From an uncultured Gammaproteobacteria bacterium (GTDB lineage: Bacteria > Patescibacteriota > Patescibacteriia > UBA2169): a DNA stretch of 64,000 bases. The stretch lies in assembly GCA_964611875.1 (NCBI GenBank), contig CAZTBF010000002.1, positions 184,439 through 248,438 of the forward strand. Direction: 5' to 3'. Shown here piece by piece: positions 63,894-64,000 of this stretch. The first letter of the stretch is position 1, and the number at the start of each line of letters is the position of its first letter. Both the position numbers and the translations under genes were made by a program. The notes under the pieces are model-generated. The model was not told the origin of the DNA. It was given only the letters and a program-made list of their open reading frames with translations, and ran no database searches.

Positions 63894-64000
63894 TTATGTT
63901 ATAACATAGTTCATTGAGCCAAGATGTGTAATCATGCCTTTCATTTCCATGAGGGCTAATGTTGCATTTATATCCTGAATTGGCATCTTGGTCAAGCGAG
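63894..64000 (-). CDS. dprA: 3' end of a DprA-like gene (partial, runs off the window)
   Basis: Minus-strand translation ..RLTKMPIQDINATLALMEMKGMITHLGSMNYVIT* resembles the DprA C-terminal winged-helix tail. Only 35 codons are visible. Confidence 0.4.
   Translation of the reverse strand, partial: RLTKMPIQDINATLALMEMKGMITHLGSMNYVIT

Overview
This is a 64-kb bacterial chromosomal window that uses the standard genetic code (TAA, TAG and TGA all end well-supported genes). Its gene content and layout look like a reduced-genome CPR/Patescibacteria-type organism, which is an inference.

The housekeeping backbone includes: rpsO, pnp, lspA, comM/yifB, leuS, tsaC, rsmA, efp, guaA, guaB, an ABC-2 exporter, a CPA2 antiporter, parA, parB, rel, topA, folC, yhhQ, a dprA 3' end and five tRNAs.

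An accessory stretch at about 0.1-16 kb is interleaved with this backbone. It holds a split class III RNR, NUDIX, a PIF1-like helicase, MazG, an AT-rich ParB-like plus Dam methylase island, unknown operons, a SET-domain protein, a Cas4-like nuclease and a tyrosine recombinase beside tRNA-Arg and tRNA-His. A 3064-aa Cys-rich PA14 surface protein operon lies at 34-43.8 kb.

Intergenic DNA is unusually rich in several small repeat families. No rRNA, CRISPR array or phage structural genes were seen.

Items I consider most worth follow-up:
1. An intact YdeN-type serine hydrolase domain inserted in-frame into LeuRS.
2. nrdD split between its zinc ribbon and its glycyl-radical loop by a 78-bp palindromic element.
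3. A conserved ~120-130-nt structured 5' leader module upstream of four different tRNA genes, with a covarying hairpin.
4. The AT-rich ParB-like/Dam two-gene island.
5. A ~440-nt ORF-less, hairpin-rich unit bounded by a consensus promoter and an intrinsic terminator.
6. A 23S-IVS-type four-helix-bundle gene flanked by members of a TAAG-rich palindrome family.

All calls come from reading the sequence and recalling family motifs. No searches were run. Coordinates of small elements are hand-indexed and may be off by 1-2 nt.
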